The notes beneath the pieces were generated by a model. That model was not told where the DNA came from, did no database searches, and saw only the letters and a list, made by a program, of their open reading frames with translations. From NCBI RefSeq assembly GCF_028368995.1, contig NZ_JAQNDL010000005.1:1-64000 (forward strand): a stretch of DNA of 64,000 bases, given 5' to 3'. Shown in pieces: positions 19,337 through 28,923 of this stretch. The number at the start of each line of letters is the position of its first letter. Positions within the stretch are counted from its first letter, which is position 1. A program made the position numbers and the translations under genes. This DNA is from Nannocystis bainbridge. Its GTDB lineage: Bacteria > Myxococcota_A > Polyangia > Nannocystales > Nannocystaceae.

Positions 19337-19690
19337 GGACGCCTCTCACGTCGTCCTGCCCGCTGTGCCTGGCTTCGGCTTCTCGGGCCCACCTCCAGGG
19401 GCTGGAGTCCCGAGCGCATCGCCTTCGTCCGCCTCATGCCCGAGCTCGGCTACGACCGCTTCGGCGTCCACGGCACGATTTCGGCTCGATCGTCGGCCGC
19501 GAGATCGCCCTCGTCGCGTCCGACCCTCATCGGCGCCCACGTCACCCAGTGCTTCGCCTTCCCCTCCGGTGACCCTGACGACTTCGCCGCCCTCGCCGCC
19601 AGCGCACCGTCTTCTGGCAGGAGCACGACCGCGACGGTCACTTCGCCTCCGAGCTCGGCGACCTGCGCGCCTTCTTCGCGGCGCTGCGCG
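19337..19690 (+). pseudogene. Degraded epoxide hydrolase remnant
   Basis: Fragments in different frames: HVVLPAVPGFGFSGP, LGYDRFGVHG, DFGSIVG, IGAHV, GHFASELGDLRAFF. Confidence 0.7.
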
Positions 19691-19977
19691 GACGCGCGGG
19701 TCCACCCGGCCCGCGTCCGGCGGGCCTGCCGCGGCCGCCCTGGCCCGGTTCTCGGGCCGAAGCCTCGCCGGGCTCGGCCGCTGCGGCTAGAATCGGCCGA
19801 CGTGCCGCCCGCCCGTCGCGCTCCGGAGACCGCCTCGCCGCGCGCTCGCGCGCGGACCGTCGTAGATGTCCCCGGGGACAGGTCGATCACGAGGTCGTCG
19901 CAGGTCCTTTGGGACATGTCCGAACGTACAGCCCAGCCCGCCGCGCCGCGCTCGCGCTGCCGTGAAGAAGGTGTCCG

Positions 19978-21924
19978 ATGAGCCAGGCCCCGAAGGACAT
20001 GTCCGAACGCGCAGCCCAGGCCGCCCCGCGGGTCACCCGCCTCGTGCGGGCTGCCTGCCGGCGCGAGCGGATCGCCGACGCCGCCGCCCTGCTGACGCGG
20101 GTCGCCTTGCCGCTCGGCTGCGCCCTCGCGGCCGTCGCCCTGGTGGCGTCCCGCAGGCTCGACGCGCCCGCCTGGCTCGCCTGGCTCGGCCTCGTCCCGG
20201 CGGCGGCGGTGCTCGTCTGGGCGGTCGTGCGCCCGGCCCGGCCGCGGCGGGTCGCGCGGCGCATCGACGCTCACTACGGCCTCCACGACCTGATCGGCAA
20301 CGCCCTCGAGTTCGCCGGCAGCAGCGCCTCCGCCGATCTCGCGGCCGCCGACCTGATGGCCCTGCACGTCGCCGACGCCGAGGCGGCCGCGCCGGCGATC
20401 GATCCGCGCCCGGTCGTCCCGCTGCGCCCGCCGGGCCTGCGGGTCCACGACTTCGCCGCGGTCCTCCTGCTCGTGCTGGCCTCGCTGGTCCCGTACCCGC
20501 CGGCGCCCGTCGCCGAGGATCATGCCTCTTCGGACATGTCCGAAGAACCAGCCAAGGCCGCCGCCAAGAAGCCGCCGCCCGACCGCGCCCTGGCCGAGCC
20601 GCTGCGCGAGGACCTGCGCGCGCTCAAGGAGGGCCAGGATCGGGCCGCCGCGCTGGCCGACCGGATGCTGCAGATCCTCGACGCCTACGGGCGCGGCGAG
20701 CTCGATCGCGAGGCCGCGTACGCCCAGCTCGAGCAGCTCGACAAGTCGCTGGCCGACGCCGAGGCCGAGCTCGAGGCGCGCATGGAGGAGGACCCGGCCG
20801 TGCTGGCCGAGGGCGTGCGCCAGCTGGCCGAGGCGCTCAAGCAGGAGGAGATCACGCAGGACGCGGCCGAGGCGCTGGCGCGCGGCGACGGCGACGAGGC
20901 CGAGAAGTCGCTGGCCGACGCCGAGGCCGCGGCCGAGGCCAGCGACGAGGCCGAGGAGTCGCTGCAGCGGGCGATGAAGCAGGCCGAGAAGTCGCTCGGC
21001 AAGGCGGCCGGCGAGAACACCGACACCGCGTCGCAGCTGGCCGAGGCCGAGCGCCGGCTCAAGCGCCAGCAGGAGCAGCCCGCCGCCGATTCGGACGAGC
21101 AGGAGCGCCGGCTCAAGAAGCAGCAGCAGAAGGTCGACGAGCTGCGCCGCCAGCACGAGCGCGAGAAGGCCGCCCAGCGCAAGCTCGACGAGCTGCGCCG
21201 CCAGGCCAACGACGCCCAGAAGGGCCAGCAGGGCTCGCAGCAGAAGAAGCGCGCGCTCGAGCAGCTGCGCCGCGGGGCCGGCGACGCCGCCCGCAAGGCC
21301 TCACAGGCGCGCCGCCTCGGCCAGGCCCGCGACGACCTCGAGGAGGCCAAGAGCTTCATGCGCCGCGCCGGCCAGGGCGGCGAGCAGGACGACAAGCGCA
21401 AGCAGCAGATGCAGAAGTTCGCCAAGGCCGCCAAGGGCAAGCGCGGCGACAAGAAAGAAGGCCCCACCATGCTGGTCGAGGGCGACGTCGGCGACGGCGA
21501 GCCGTCGATGCAGATGGAAGGCGACGCCGGCGGCGACCCGCAGGACAGCGGCGACGGCGGCAACCCGCAGGACAGCGGCGACTCCGGCGGCGACGGCCAG
21601 GACAGCTCGGGCCAGGACTCGGCCGGCGACGGCCAGGCGATGGGAGACGGCATGGGCCAGGGCTCGGCCGAGGCGCTCGGCGACGCCAGCGGCCTGAAGG
21701 TCAAGCCGAAGGACGTGCGCGTCGATCCCAGGCACGGCAAGGGCACCACCAAGGCGGAGATCATCAAGACCGCCAGCCAGGAGGGCTTCGCCTCGGCGCC
21801 CTACCGCGACATGTACCGCGACTACAAGTCGTTCGCCCAGAGCGCGCTCGACAGCGAGGCCCTGCCCGCCGAGCAGCGCCGCCGCATCAAGCGCTACTTC
21901 CAGATGATCCAGCCGCGCAAGTGA
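19978..21924 (+). CDS. Membrane-anchored coiled-coil protein with G/D/Q-rich tail (DUF4175-like)
   Basis: N-terminal TM helices, long E/K/Q coiled coil, C-terminal PYRDMYRDY..LPAEQRRRIKRYF. Confidence 0.8.
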   Translation: MSQAPKDMSERAAQAAPRVTRLVRAACRRERIADAAALLTRVALPLGCALAAVALVASRRLDAPAWLAWLGLVPAAAVLVWAVVRPARPRRVARRIDAHYGLHDLIGNALEFAGSSASADLAAADLMALHVADAEAAAPAIDPRPVVPLRPPGLRVHDFAAVLLLVLASLVPYPPAPVAEDHASSDMSEEPAKAAAKKPPPDRALAEPLREDLRALKEGQDRAAALADRMLQILDAYGRGELDREAAYAQLEQLDKSLADAEAELEARMEEDPAVLAEGVRQLAEALKQEEITQDAAEALARGDGDEAEKSLADAEAAAEASDEAEESLQRAMKQAEKSLGKAAGENTDTASQLAEAERRLKRQQEQPAADSDEQERRLKKQQQKVDELRRQHEREKAAQRKLDELRRQANDAQKGQQGSQQKKRALEQLRRGAGDAARKASQARRLGQARDDLEEAKSFMRRAGQGGEQDDKRKQQMQKFAKAAKGKRGDKKEGPTMLVEGDVGDGEPSMQMEGDAGGDPQDSGDGGNPQDSGDSGGDGQDSSGQDSAGDGQAMGDGMGQGSAEALGDASGLKVKPKDVRVDPRHGKGTTKAEIIKTASQEGFASAPYRDMYRDYKSFAQSALDSEALPAEQRRRIKRYFQMIQPRK

Positions 21925-21930
21925 GGCGTC

Positions 21931-22000
21931 TGACCTCGAGGGCATGTCGGATGGGGCATGTCGCGCGGGACATGCTCGATCTGACATGTCCTATGGGCCA
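21931..22000. repeat. Array of five 14-bp palindromic units
   Basis: CATG at 21943, 21957, 21971, 21985. Confidence 0.88.
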
Positions 22001-22097
22001 GCACCCTCTCGCGAAGCGACCCGCGTCTTCTGCCTGTCGCTTGGAGCATGCGGATTCAGCCCCCATTACGGGGCATGCGCTCGATCTGAATCCCCCG

Positions 22098-23024
22098 CTA
22101 CTTGGCGTCCGCCGCGGTCGTCACCTCGCCGTGCAGATCCTTGAGGAACTGCACGCGGTCGCTCGCGCCGATCCATCGCTCCAGACGCTCTCGCTCGACC
22201 GGCAGCACCAGATCGTGGCTCTCGCTCGAGACGAGCGTCGCCATCGCCCGGAACGGCTGCGTGAAACCGTTCAACGCCACGAACACCCCCAGCCGGCAGC
22301 GGCGATGCTTGCGGTTCATCTTCCCGCGCAGCGAATCGAACTCGCGGCGCGGCACGGGTGAGCTCCAGTGCTTGCACTCGACGAGGAGGTACTGCCCTTC
22401 GTCTCGCCAAAACGGATCGCTCGACTCGATGCGCACGACGAGGTCCATCTCCTCGATGTCGTTGCGGCGGTTGCGACTGAAGACCACGAAGCCCGGCATG
22501 GTGCGAAAGAGCGTGTCGAGCACCTCCTCGAGGAGGGCCCCCTTGCGATTCTTGTCGGTCTCGCGCAGGCACGCGCTCCAGGTGTCTCGCAGCTGCCGAT
22601 CGAGCTCGCCGCGTTCGAGGGCAGCGGCGTCGCGCGCGCGGACGCTCTCCCACGCGCTGCGCAGCTTGATCCGCAGCAGCGCATCGAGCACGGCGTTCTT
22701 CTCGAGATAGTCGTAGGCGCCGAGCTCGAAGGCCCGCTCGACGGCGCGGCTGTCGGCGTATCCGGTCACCACGATGGTCTTGGCCCCGGGCGAGCGCCGA
22801 GAAACCTCCTCCAGCAGATCGAGCCCGCTATCGGGCCCATCAGCGCCACGCAGCCGCTGATCGAGCAGGACCGCCGTCCAGTCGCCCGCGTCGAGCCTCG
22901 CCAGCGCCTCGTCGCGCGTGGCGGCGCTCTCGGCCGAGTAGCCCTCATCCTTGAGGATGCCGAGGTAGATCTGCACGAAGCTCGGATCGTCGTCGACGAT
23001 CAGGATCTTGGGGCTCAGCGTCAT
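22098..23024 (-). CDS. Response-regulator receiver domain fused to Mrr-like PD-(D/E)XK restriction endonuclease
   Basis: REC: IVDDD, LLDQ, VVTGY, YLEK; nuclease: KGALLEE, EMDLVV, VECKHW, GVFVALNGFT. Confidence 0.85.
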   Translation of the reverse strand: MTLSPKILIVDDDPSFVQIYLGILKDEGYSAESAATRDEALARLDAGDWTAVLLDQRLRGADGPDSGLDLLEEVSRRSPGAKTIVVTGYADSRAVERAFELGAYDYLEKNAVLDALLRIKLRSAWESVRARDAAALERGELDRQLRDTWSACLRETDKNRKGALLEEVLDTLFRTMPGFVVFSRNRRNDIEEMDLVVRIESSDPFWRDEGQYLLVECKHWSSPVPRREFDSLRGKMNRKHRRCRLGVFVALNGFTQPFRAMATLVSSESHDLVLPVERERLERWIGASDRVQFLKDLHGEVTTAADAK

Positions 23025-24613
23025 GTCACTCCTTCGAGCGGGATCGGCAAGCGCAGGACGAAGCGCGCGCCTCCGCGTGGGCTCGGCTCACAATGGATCG
23101 AGCCGCGTAACTCGACTTCGATGACCTCGCGGACGAGCGCGAGGCCGTGGCCGCTCCCGCCCGCACGAAACGAGACGCCGTCGGCGAAGATCGCAGCACG
23201 CTGATCGGCCGGCACGCCTGGGCCGTCGTCCTCGACGAGGACGACGAGGCGAGCGCCCGACCTTCCCAGCATCTCGGCCTGGACAAGGATCCGCACCTCG
23301 GCTCCGCCGACCTGACTCGCGTTGCGCAGAAGGTTCAGCACGGCCAGAACGAATCGATCACGTCGACCGCGAAGATAGACGCGCTCGACACCGGCGGCCG
23401 CTTCGAACTCGACAGGATGTCGCAGCGCAGATTGCACGCCCGCGATCGCGTCGCGCAACGCCGCCTCCACCGCGAAGAGCTCGTCACGGCTCGACCCGTG
23501 ACTCGTCATGCGCGCGGTCTCGGTGGCGAAACGGAGCGCTCGCTCGAGCCCACCGGAGATGACGCTCAGGGTCTCGGCATTGTCCGCGACGAACCCCTCC
23601 GAGCCGCCGAGGCGCCGCAACTGTTTCAAGGACAGCTGGACCGGAACCAAGATGTTCCGCAGCTCGTGCGCGACCATTCGCGTGTGCCGCCCCAGCTCCG
23701 CGGCTTCGGACACGGCCGGCGGCCGCCCGTGCAAGGCCTCATGCGCTTCATCGGCGAGGGTCGCCCGCGCGAGCGAGCGCAACGCCTCGCCGGAGGGTTG
23801 GTCGAGCTCGCCGAACAGCTCGACCCCGAGCGGGGTTACCCGACAACGCCAGTCGAAGACGCCATGCTCATCACGACGCTCCTCGACCTCGACCAGCCCT
23901 TCGAGCTCGAGCCGTCTTGTGAAGAAGTCCCACGGCCACGGCGCCGGGGCTCCGTCCTCAAAAAATTCGACCAGCGACTCAGTCAGAGCCTTGGCTCGAC
24001 TCATGCTGACTCTCCATCGATCGTGATCGCCGAGCGCCGATGAGACCTCGAGCGCCAGCAACCACCGGACCGCCTCGCGCCCGCGAAGGCCGAGGAACAC
24101 CTCGCCGGCGGCCAGAAGCTTCACTTCGCCCCGCACCGTCCGCGCGAGCTGGAGCTCGTCGGCATATCGCGAGACCCCGACGCCTCTCAGATCGGTATGT
24201 TCGGCGCGCGCCCTGGCGTCTGCCTCCTGAGCCACCTCCGCCGATCGTCGCCCGCGGATCCCTCCCGACAAGGCATCCCACCTCTTGACGATCTGGTGCC
24301 TGAGCAACACCGACAGCACGGCTCGCTCGAGCAACAGCTCATCCTTGTCCGGCTCGCCGACGAACAGCGCGGCGTCTGCGAGACCCGTGAGCAGACACTC
24401 GACGAGGAGCTCCTTGAATTCGCCGTCCCAGGGACGTAAGGCGTCCTCGAACCACCGAGCTTCACGACCTGCGAGCGACGCCTCCTCGGCCTCGAAGATC
24501 GCGAGGAACCACGCTTCCCGCCGCTCCGGGTCGAGCCACGTGGGAAATCGACGCAGCGTCAGCAAGCCCCGTCGAGCCAGCTCGAGGTGCCTGCGGAGGG
24601 CTTCGACGAACAC
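23021..24613 (-). CDS. Soluble sensor histidine kinase with wHTH-like N-terminal region
   Basis: AHELRN, NLLRNA, EDDGPGV, GSGHGL; no TM segment; ATGA overlap with the downstream gene. Confidence 0.85.
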   Translation of the reverse strand: MFVEALRRHLELARRGLLTLRRFPTWLDPERREAWFLAIFEAEEASLAGREARWFEDALRPWDGEFKELLVECLLTGLADAALFVGEPDKDELLLERAVLSVLLRHQIVKRWDALSGGIRGRRSAEVAQEADARARAEHTDLRGVGVSRYADELQLARTVRGEVKLLAAGEVFLGLRGREAVRWLLALEVSSALGDHDRWRVSMSRAKALTESLVEFFEDGAPAPWPWDFFTRRLELEGLVEVEERRDEHGVFDWRCRVTPLGVELFGELDQPSGEALRSLARATLADEAHEALHGRPPAVSEAAELGRHTRMVAHELRNILVPVQLSLKQLRRLGGSEGFVADNAETLSVISGGLERALRFATETARMTSHGSSRDELFAVEAALRDAIAGVQSALRHPVEFEAAAGVERVYLRGRRDRFVLAVLNLLRNASQVGGAEVRILVQAEMLGRSGARLVVLVEDDGPGVPADQRAAIFADGVSFRAGGSGHGLALVREVIEVELRGSIHCEPSPRGGARFVLRLPIPLEGVT

Positions 24614-24679
24614 TGCGCGAGCCTAGCGTCGAAGCCGAGGACCAGCAACCGCCAGCAGCCTCGGCACTGCGGCCCTACT

Positions 24680-25894
24680 TCAGCCCTCTTCGTCCTCGCG
24701 CAGCAGCGGCGCCAGCTCGGCCGGCAGCACCGGGCGGGCCACCGGTCTCCGGCGGCTGAACACCAGCCGCTCGGCGTGCGCGCGCTCCTGGCGATAGCCG
24801 AACAGGTGGAACACTTGCTTCACCGCCACGCGGGCGACCGCCGGGTCGGCGATGTAGTGGTCGGGCCGCTGCGGGTCGCGCGACACCCCGGGCAGGTACG
24901 GCACCAGCACGTCGAGTCGCAGCGTCCGCAGCGCCGCCGACAGGCGCAGGACGTTGCGCGTCACCGGGCGGGCGATGAAGAAGCCGTCGTCGCCCTGGCC
25001 CTGGTAGCGCGGCAGCATCACCAGCCCGGTCTCGGGCACGCGCAGCGGGCCGCGGCGATCGTCGGCGATGACCTGGCCGCGCTCGACGACCTGGAAGTTG
25101 ACGAAGCCCGGCTTCATCACGAACGGCTCGTCCTCGGGCTGGATGACGTGGCGGTGGCGGATCTCGCACACGGCCGGCATGCCGCCGCTCGCGGCCCCGA
25201 GGCGAGCGCGATGGGCCGCGAGGTCCGGCACGTGACGCGGCTCGAGCGAGCCGGCCGCGACCAGCATCAGCAGCAGCGCCGACTCGTGGAAATCGATCGT
25301 GCGTGGGTCGTCGTGCTGCCCGCCCTCGACCGCCACGCCGACGTGGCCGAGGTCGCACAGGTAACCGAGCATCGAGCCCTCGATGACCTCGTCGAGCCCG
25401 AGCACCACCGGGATCGGCAGCGCCAGCGCCAGCGGTCGGTTGCGCAGCACGTCGGCCATGCACGAAAACGGCGGCGACAGGCTCGACGTGCTGTGCAGGT
25501 CGATGAAGCTGACCGGCCCGCGGCGCAGCAGCGGCAGGAACACGCCGAGCAGCTCGCGCGTCTCCTGGTCCTCCGCCGTCGCCAGCTGGCCCTGGGCGAT
25601 GCGGGCGATGTTCTCGGCGGTCCACTGGCGGTTGAGGTCGCGGTCGACGAACCGGCGGCCCTGGGCCAGCGCGCGCCGGTTGCCGGACACGCCGAGCAGC
25701 TGCCCGCGCAGCGGCACGTCGGTCGCGCGCAGGCGGGCGAGCACGCGCGAGATGGCCGAAAGGCCAGCCGGCTCGTTGCCGTGGAGCGCCCCGATGCACA
25801 CGACCGTCGGGCCGGGGCGCCCGCTGTCGTAGCGCCCGAGCACGCGCGGGTGCGCGCCCGGGTCCGCCGGCGGCGCGCTACTGCTGAGCGTCAC
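24680..25894 (-). CDS. Succinylglutamate desuccinylase/aspartoacylase (M14-like) family protein
   Basis: GALHGNEPAG, DLNR, IDLHS, VEGGQH. Confidence 0.88.
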   Translation of the reverse strand: MTLSSSAPPADPGAHPRVLGRYDSGRPGPTVVCIGALHGNEPAGLSAISRVLARLRATDVPLRGQLLGVSGNRRALAQGRRFVDRDLNRQWTAENIARIAQGQLATAEDQETRELLGVFLPLLRRGPVSFIDLHSTSSLSPPFSCMADVLRNRPLALALPIPVVLGLDEVIEGSMLGYLCDLGHVGVAVEGGQHDDPRTIDFHESALLLMLVAAGSLEPRHVPDLAAHRARLGAASGGMPAVCEIRHRHVIQPEDEPFVMKPGFVNFQVVERGQVIADDRRGPLRVPETGLVMLPRYQGQGDDGFFIARPVTRNVLRLSAALRTLRLDVLVPYLPGVSRDPQRPDHYIADPAVARVAVKQVFHLFGYRQERAHAERLVFSRRRPVARPVLPAELAPLLREDEEG

Positions 25895-27794
25895 GCAGGT
25901 AGCTCTCGAGCAGCTTGCCCGACACGTCGATGAGGTCGCGCTCGGTGATCACCCCGACCAGCTTGTCGCCCTCGACCACCGGCAGGCACGAGATGCCGCG
26001 CTCACGCATCAGCTTCATGACCTCGAGCGTCGGCATCTCCGGCCCGATCGTCAGCGGGTTCTTGACCATCAGCTGCGCCACCGTGGCGTTGTCCTGGGCC
26101 ACGCGGGACCCGCGGGCGACCATGCGGATCAGCGCGCGGTGCGACAGCAGCCCGACCAGCCGGCCCTCCTCGTCCTCGACCAGGATGTGCCGGATCTTCT
26201 TCCAGTCCATGATGTTGGCCGCGAGATCGATGATGTCGCTGCCCTGGACCGTGAAGATGTCGGTCGACATGAACTGGCCGGCCGTCTGGTACGAGTCGCG
26301 CCAGGTCTTCGGCTCGCCCTCGAGCCGCGCCGTCTCCCACGTGTGGACCGGCGCGCCGCTCTTCTGGTTGGCCAGCATCGCCGCCGACAGCGTGCGGTAG
26401 CGGACGTCCGAGGTGCCCTGCTCGCCCATCGCGTGCAGCGAGTTGAGCATCCACTGCGCGCCGGTGGTGCCCTTGCGGACCCGCTCCTCGATCGTGCCGA
26501 GATAGCGGTCGATGTCGCTGCCGTCGACCTTGACGTGCTGCAGGCCCCAGCGGGCCGTCTGCAGCAGCTCGCCGAGGATCAGATCCTGCGCCGACATCGT
26601 CTTGCCCTTCCACGTCTGCTGGGCCTTGAGGCCGTCGCGCGCGGCGTTGAAGAAGTTGGCCTTGGCGTCCTCGAAGGACATGTCCTTGAAGACAGGCCGC
26701 TCGTCCTCGGCCAGCGCGGCCATCAGGCCGAAGAAGAACGCCGCGTTGGCGACCTCGTCGAGGACTGTCGGGCCCGACGGCAGCACCCGGTTCTCGATGC
26801 GAAGGTGGGCCTTGTCGCCGCTGAGGCCGTAGCAGGCGCGGTTCCAGCGGTACACGGTGCCGTTGTGCAGGCGCAGCGCGCCGAACTGCGGGATCCCGCC
26901 GCGGTCGATCACCTGCATCGGGTCCTCGTCGATCGCGTTGGCGATGAGGATGCGGAAGCGGGCGATGTCCTCGCGGAAGATCTCGAGCACGCCCTGCTGG
27001 ATCCACCCGTCGCCGAAGTGCACGCGCGGGCGGGCAGCGCGGTCGACCCGGACCTGCGAGCGGGTGTCGACCGAGCGCTCGAACAGCGCGATTCGGGTCT
27101 CGTGCCACAGGCGGTGCTTGAGCAGCACCGGCGAGTTGACGGCCGCGGCGAGGATCGGCCCGGTGACCGCCTGGGCGAGGTTGTAGAACTTGGCGAACTC
27201 GCTCGGGCTGACCTGGAAGTGGACCTGGAAGCTGGTGTTGCACGACTCGAGCATCACGTTGTCGTGCGTCGTCTCGAGCTCCTCGATGCCGCGGATCAGG
27301 ACGTGGAAGTCGTCGCCGCGGAGCCGCCGCAGGGTGCGGTTCAGCTCGAGGTAGCGCGGCTTGGGCGTCATGTTGTCGAGCCCGAGGTCGGCCTTGCGCA
27401 GGGTCGGCAGGATGCCGGTCAGCAGGATGTCGGCGCCGCAGTGGCGCGCGGCGTCGCGGGCGACCCCGACGACCTCGTTGAGCTCGTCCTCCATGCGGCG
27501 CAGGCAGGACGCGTTGAACACCTGCGGCGAGAGGTTGGCCTCGAGGTTGAAGCGCGCGAGCTCGGTGGTGAGGCGCGGGTCCTGGGCGCGCTCGAGCACT
27601 TCCATCACCACGGAGGCGGGACGCAGGCTGCGGTCGACGAGGAACATCTCCTGCTCGGCGCCGACCCGGCGCACGCCGGTCTCGAAGCGATCGGTCTCGA
27701 GCAGCCGCTCGAGCGCGACCACGTCGTCGAGGAGCTTCTTCATGAAATTGCGCAGCTGGTCGTCGTCGGACGTGGCGATGTTTTGTTCACCCAT
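25878..27794 (-). CDS. Glutamate-cysteine ligase family (GCS2) protein with C-terminal CBS pair
   Basis: GAEQEMFLVD, ELARFNLE, ESCNTSFQVH, HNGTVYRWNR, HLRIENR; CBS domains at the C-terminus. Confidence 0.9.
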   Translation of the reverse strand: MGEQNIATSDDDQLRNFMKKLLDDVVALERLLETDRFETGVRRVGAEQEMFLVDRSLRPASVVMEVLERAQDPRLTTELARFNLEANLSPQVFNASCLRRMEDELNEVVGVARDAARHCGADILLTGILPTLRKADLGLDNMTPKPRYLELNRTLRRLRGDDFHVLIRGIEELETTHDNVMLESCNTSFQVHFQVSPSEFAKFYNLAQAVTGPILAAAVNSPVLLKHRLWHETRIALFERSVDTRSQVRVDRAARPRVHFGDGWIQQGVLEIFREDIARFRILIANAIDEDPMQVIDRGGIPQFGALRLHNGTVYRWNRACYGLSGDKAHLRIENRVLPSGPTVLDEVANAAFFFGLMAALAEDERPVFKDMSFEDAKANFFNAARDGLKAQQTWKGKTMSAQDLILGELLQTARWGLQHVKVDGSDIDRYLGTIEERVRKGTTGAQWMLNSLHAMGEQGTSDVRYRTLSAAMLANQKSGAPVHTWETARLEGEPKTWRDSYQTAGQFMSTDIFTVQGSDIIDLAANIMDWKKIRHILVEDEEGRLVGLLSHRALIRMVARGSRVAQDNATVAQLMVKNPLTIGPEMPTLEVMKLMRERGISCLPVVEGDKLVGVITERDLIDVSGKLLESYLRDAQQ

Positions 27795-27891
27795 GGGCGT
27801 ATCCGGCCGCAGGGTATCGCGGGACGGATCGGCGGCCAAATTCGGATGAGGGGTCCCGGAGCCCGCAGCGCAGAGCGCGCGCAGAACACTG

Positions 27892-28758
27892 TCACGCTGC
27901 CGATTCAGCTCCCGTCACGAACGGGCCGACGATCGCGGCGGTCGCCGCGGGCTCGTCGAGGTGGACGTGGTGGCCGCCGGGCAGCTCGGCGAGCACGGCG
28001 CCGGCGAGCGCGGCCAGGCGCTCCCGCATCAGCGCCTCGTCGAACGTCATGCCCGGGACGGCGCGCACGACCAGGGTCGGGCACACGACGGCCGTGAAGA
28101 AAGTCCGCACCTGCGCCTCCGTGAGCCGCTGACGCGAGGGCAGACGCAGGCGGGGATCGGCTCGCCAGCGGACCCGGCCCGCGTGAGGTTCGAGGCCGCG
28201 GCGCAGCAAGATCCGCGCCGAGTCGACGCGCATGCCCGTGGCAGTCGCCAGTCGCTGCGCGACCTGTTCGGCGTCGGCGTAACCGACGTGCTCGTCGCGG
28301 GCGCGGGCCGCCTGCTCGGCCTGCAGGGCCTCACGCAGCTGTTTCGGCGCGGCCTCGTCGGGACTCGTGAGCGGCCCGAGGCCTTCGAGCAGGACCAGCT
28401 TCGCGACCTGTTCGGGACATGTCCCAGCGAGCAGGGCCGCGACGCCCGCCCCGAGCGAGTGGCCGACGACGACGCAGCGCGACCAGCCGAGCGCCGAGAT
28501 CGCCAGCGACGCGTCGGCGACGTAGTCGAGGAACACGTAGACACCGTCGGCGCGTCGCTGCGACAGGCCGTGACCCGCGAGGTCGAGCGCGACGAGGTTG
28601 ACGCCGGAGAGGTGTTCCGCGAGCCGCTCGAAGCTGGCCGCGTTGTCGAGCCAGCCGTGCATCGCCAGCACCGGAACACCGTCCTCGGGGCCGAAGCAGA
28701 GCGCGGCGAGCCGCACGCCGCCGACGTCGATGAGCCGCTCGCCGCGTGGTGAAAGCAT
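27892..28758 (-). CDS. Alpha/beta fold hydrolase
   Basis: HGWLDN, DLAGHG, GHSLG, GGHHVH. Confidence 0.9.
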   Translation of the reverse strand: MLSPRGERLIDVGGVRLAALCFGPEDGVPVLAMHGWLDNAASFERLAEHLSGVNLVALDLAGHGLSQRRADGVYVFLDYVADASLAISALGWSRCVVVGHSLGAGVAALLAGTCPEQVAKLVLLEGLGPLTSPDEAAPKQLREALQAEQAARARDEHVGYADAEQVAQRLATATGMRVDSARILLRRGLEPHAGRVRWRADPRLRLPSRQRLTEAQVRTFFTAVVCPTLVVRAVPGMTFDEALMRERLAALAGAVLAELPGGHHVHLDEPAATAAIVGPFVTGAESAA

Positions 28759-28923
28759 GCGCGGGACGATGTACGAATTGACAGCTGAACGCAACTAAGC
28801 GAGCGCCCGGCGAACGTCAGTGCACGAGTGACCTGTCCTTCGGGACATCCGAATTGTTCCTGCGAACGGATCTACGCGGGTTGACTCCGGCCGGTGCCTC
28901 ATTCACCGTGGAGCTCCTGATCG

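Noticed and set aside
22052-22093. GGATTCAG...CTGAATCC inverted repeat as an IS end or att site
   Set aside because: No matching repeat on the other side of the kinase/nuclease pair and no integrase or transposase; at most a terminator-like hairpin.
22098-26660. Absence of the 14-bp motif as proof of foreign origin of the kinase/nuclease pair
   Set aside because: The gap extends into native-looking genes, and a similar gap exists at about 8060-12870, so it is not diagnostic alone.
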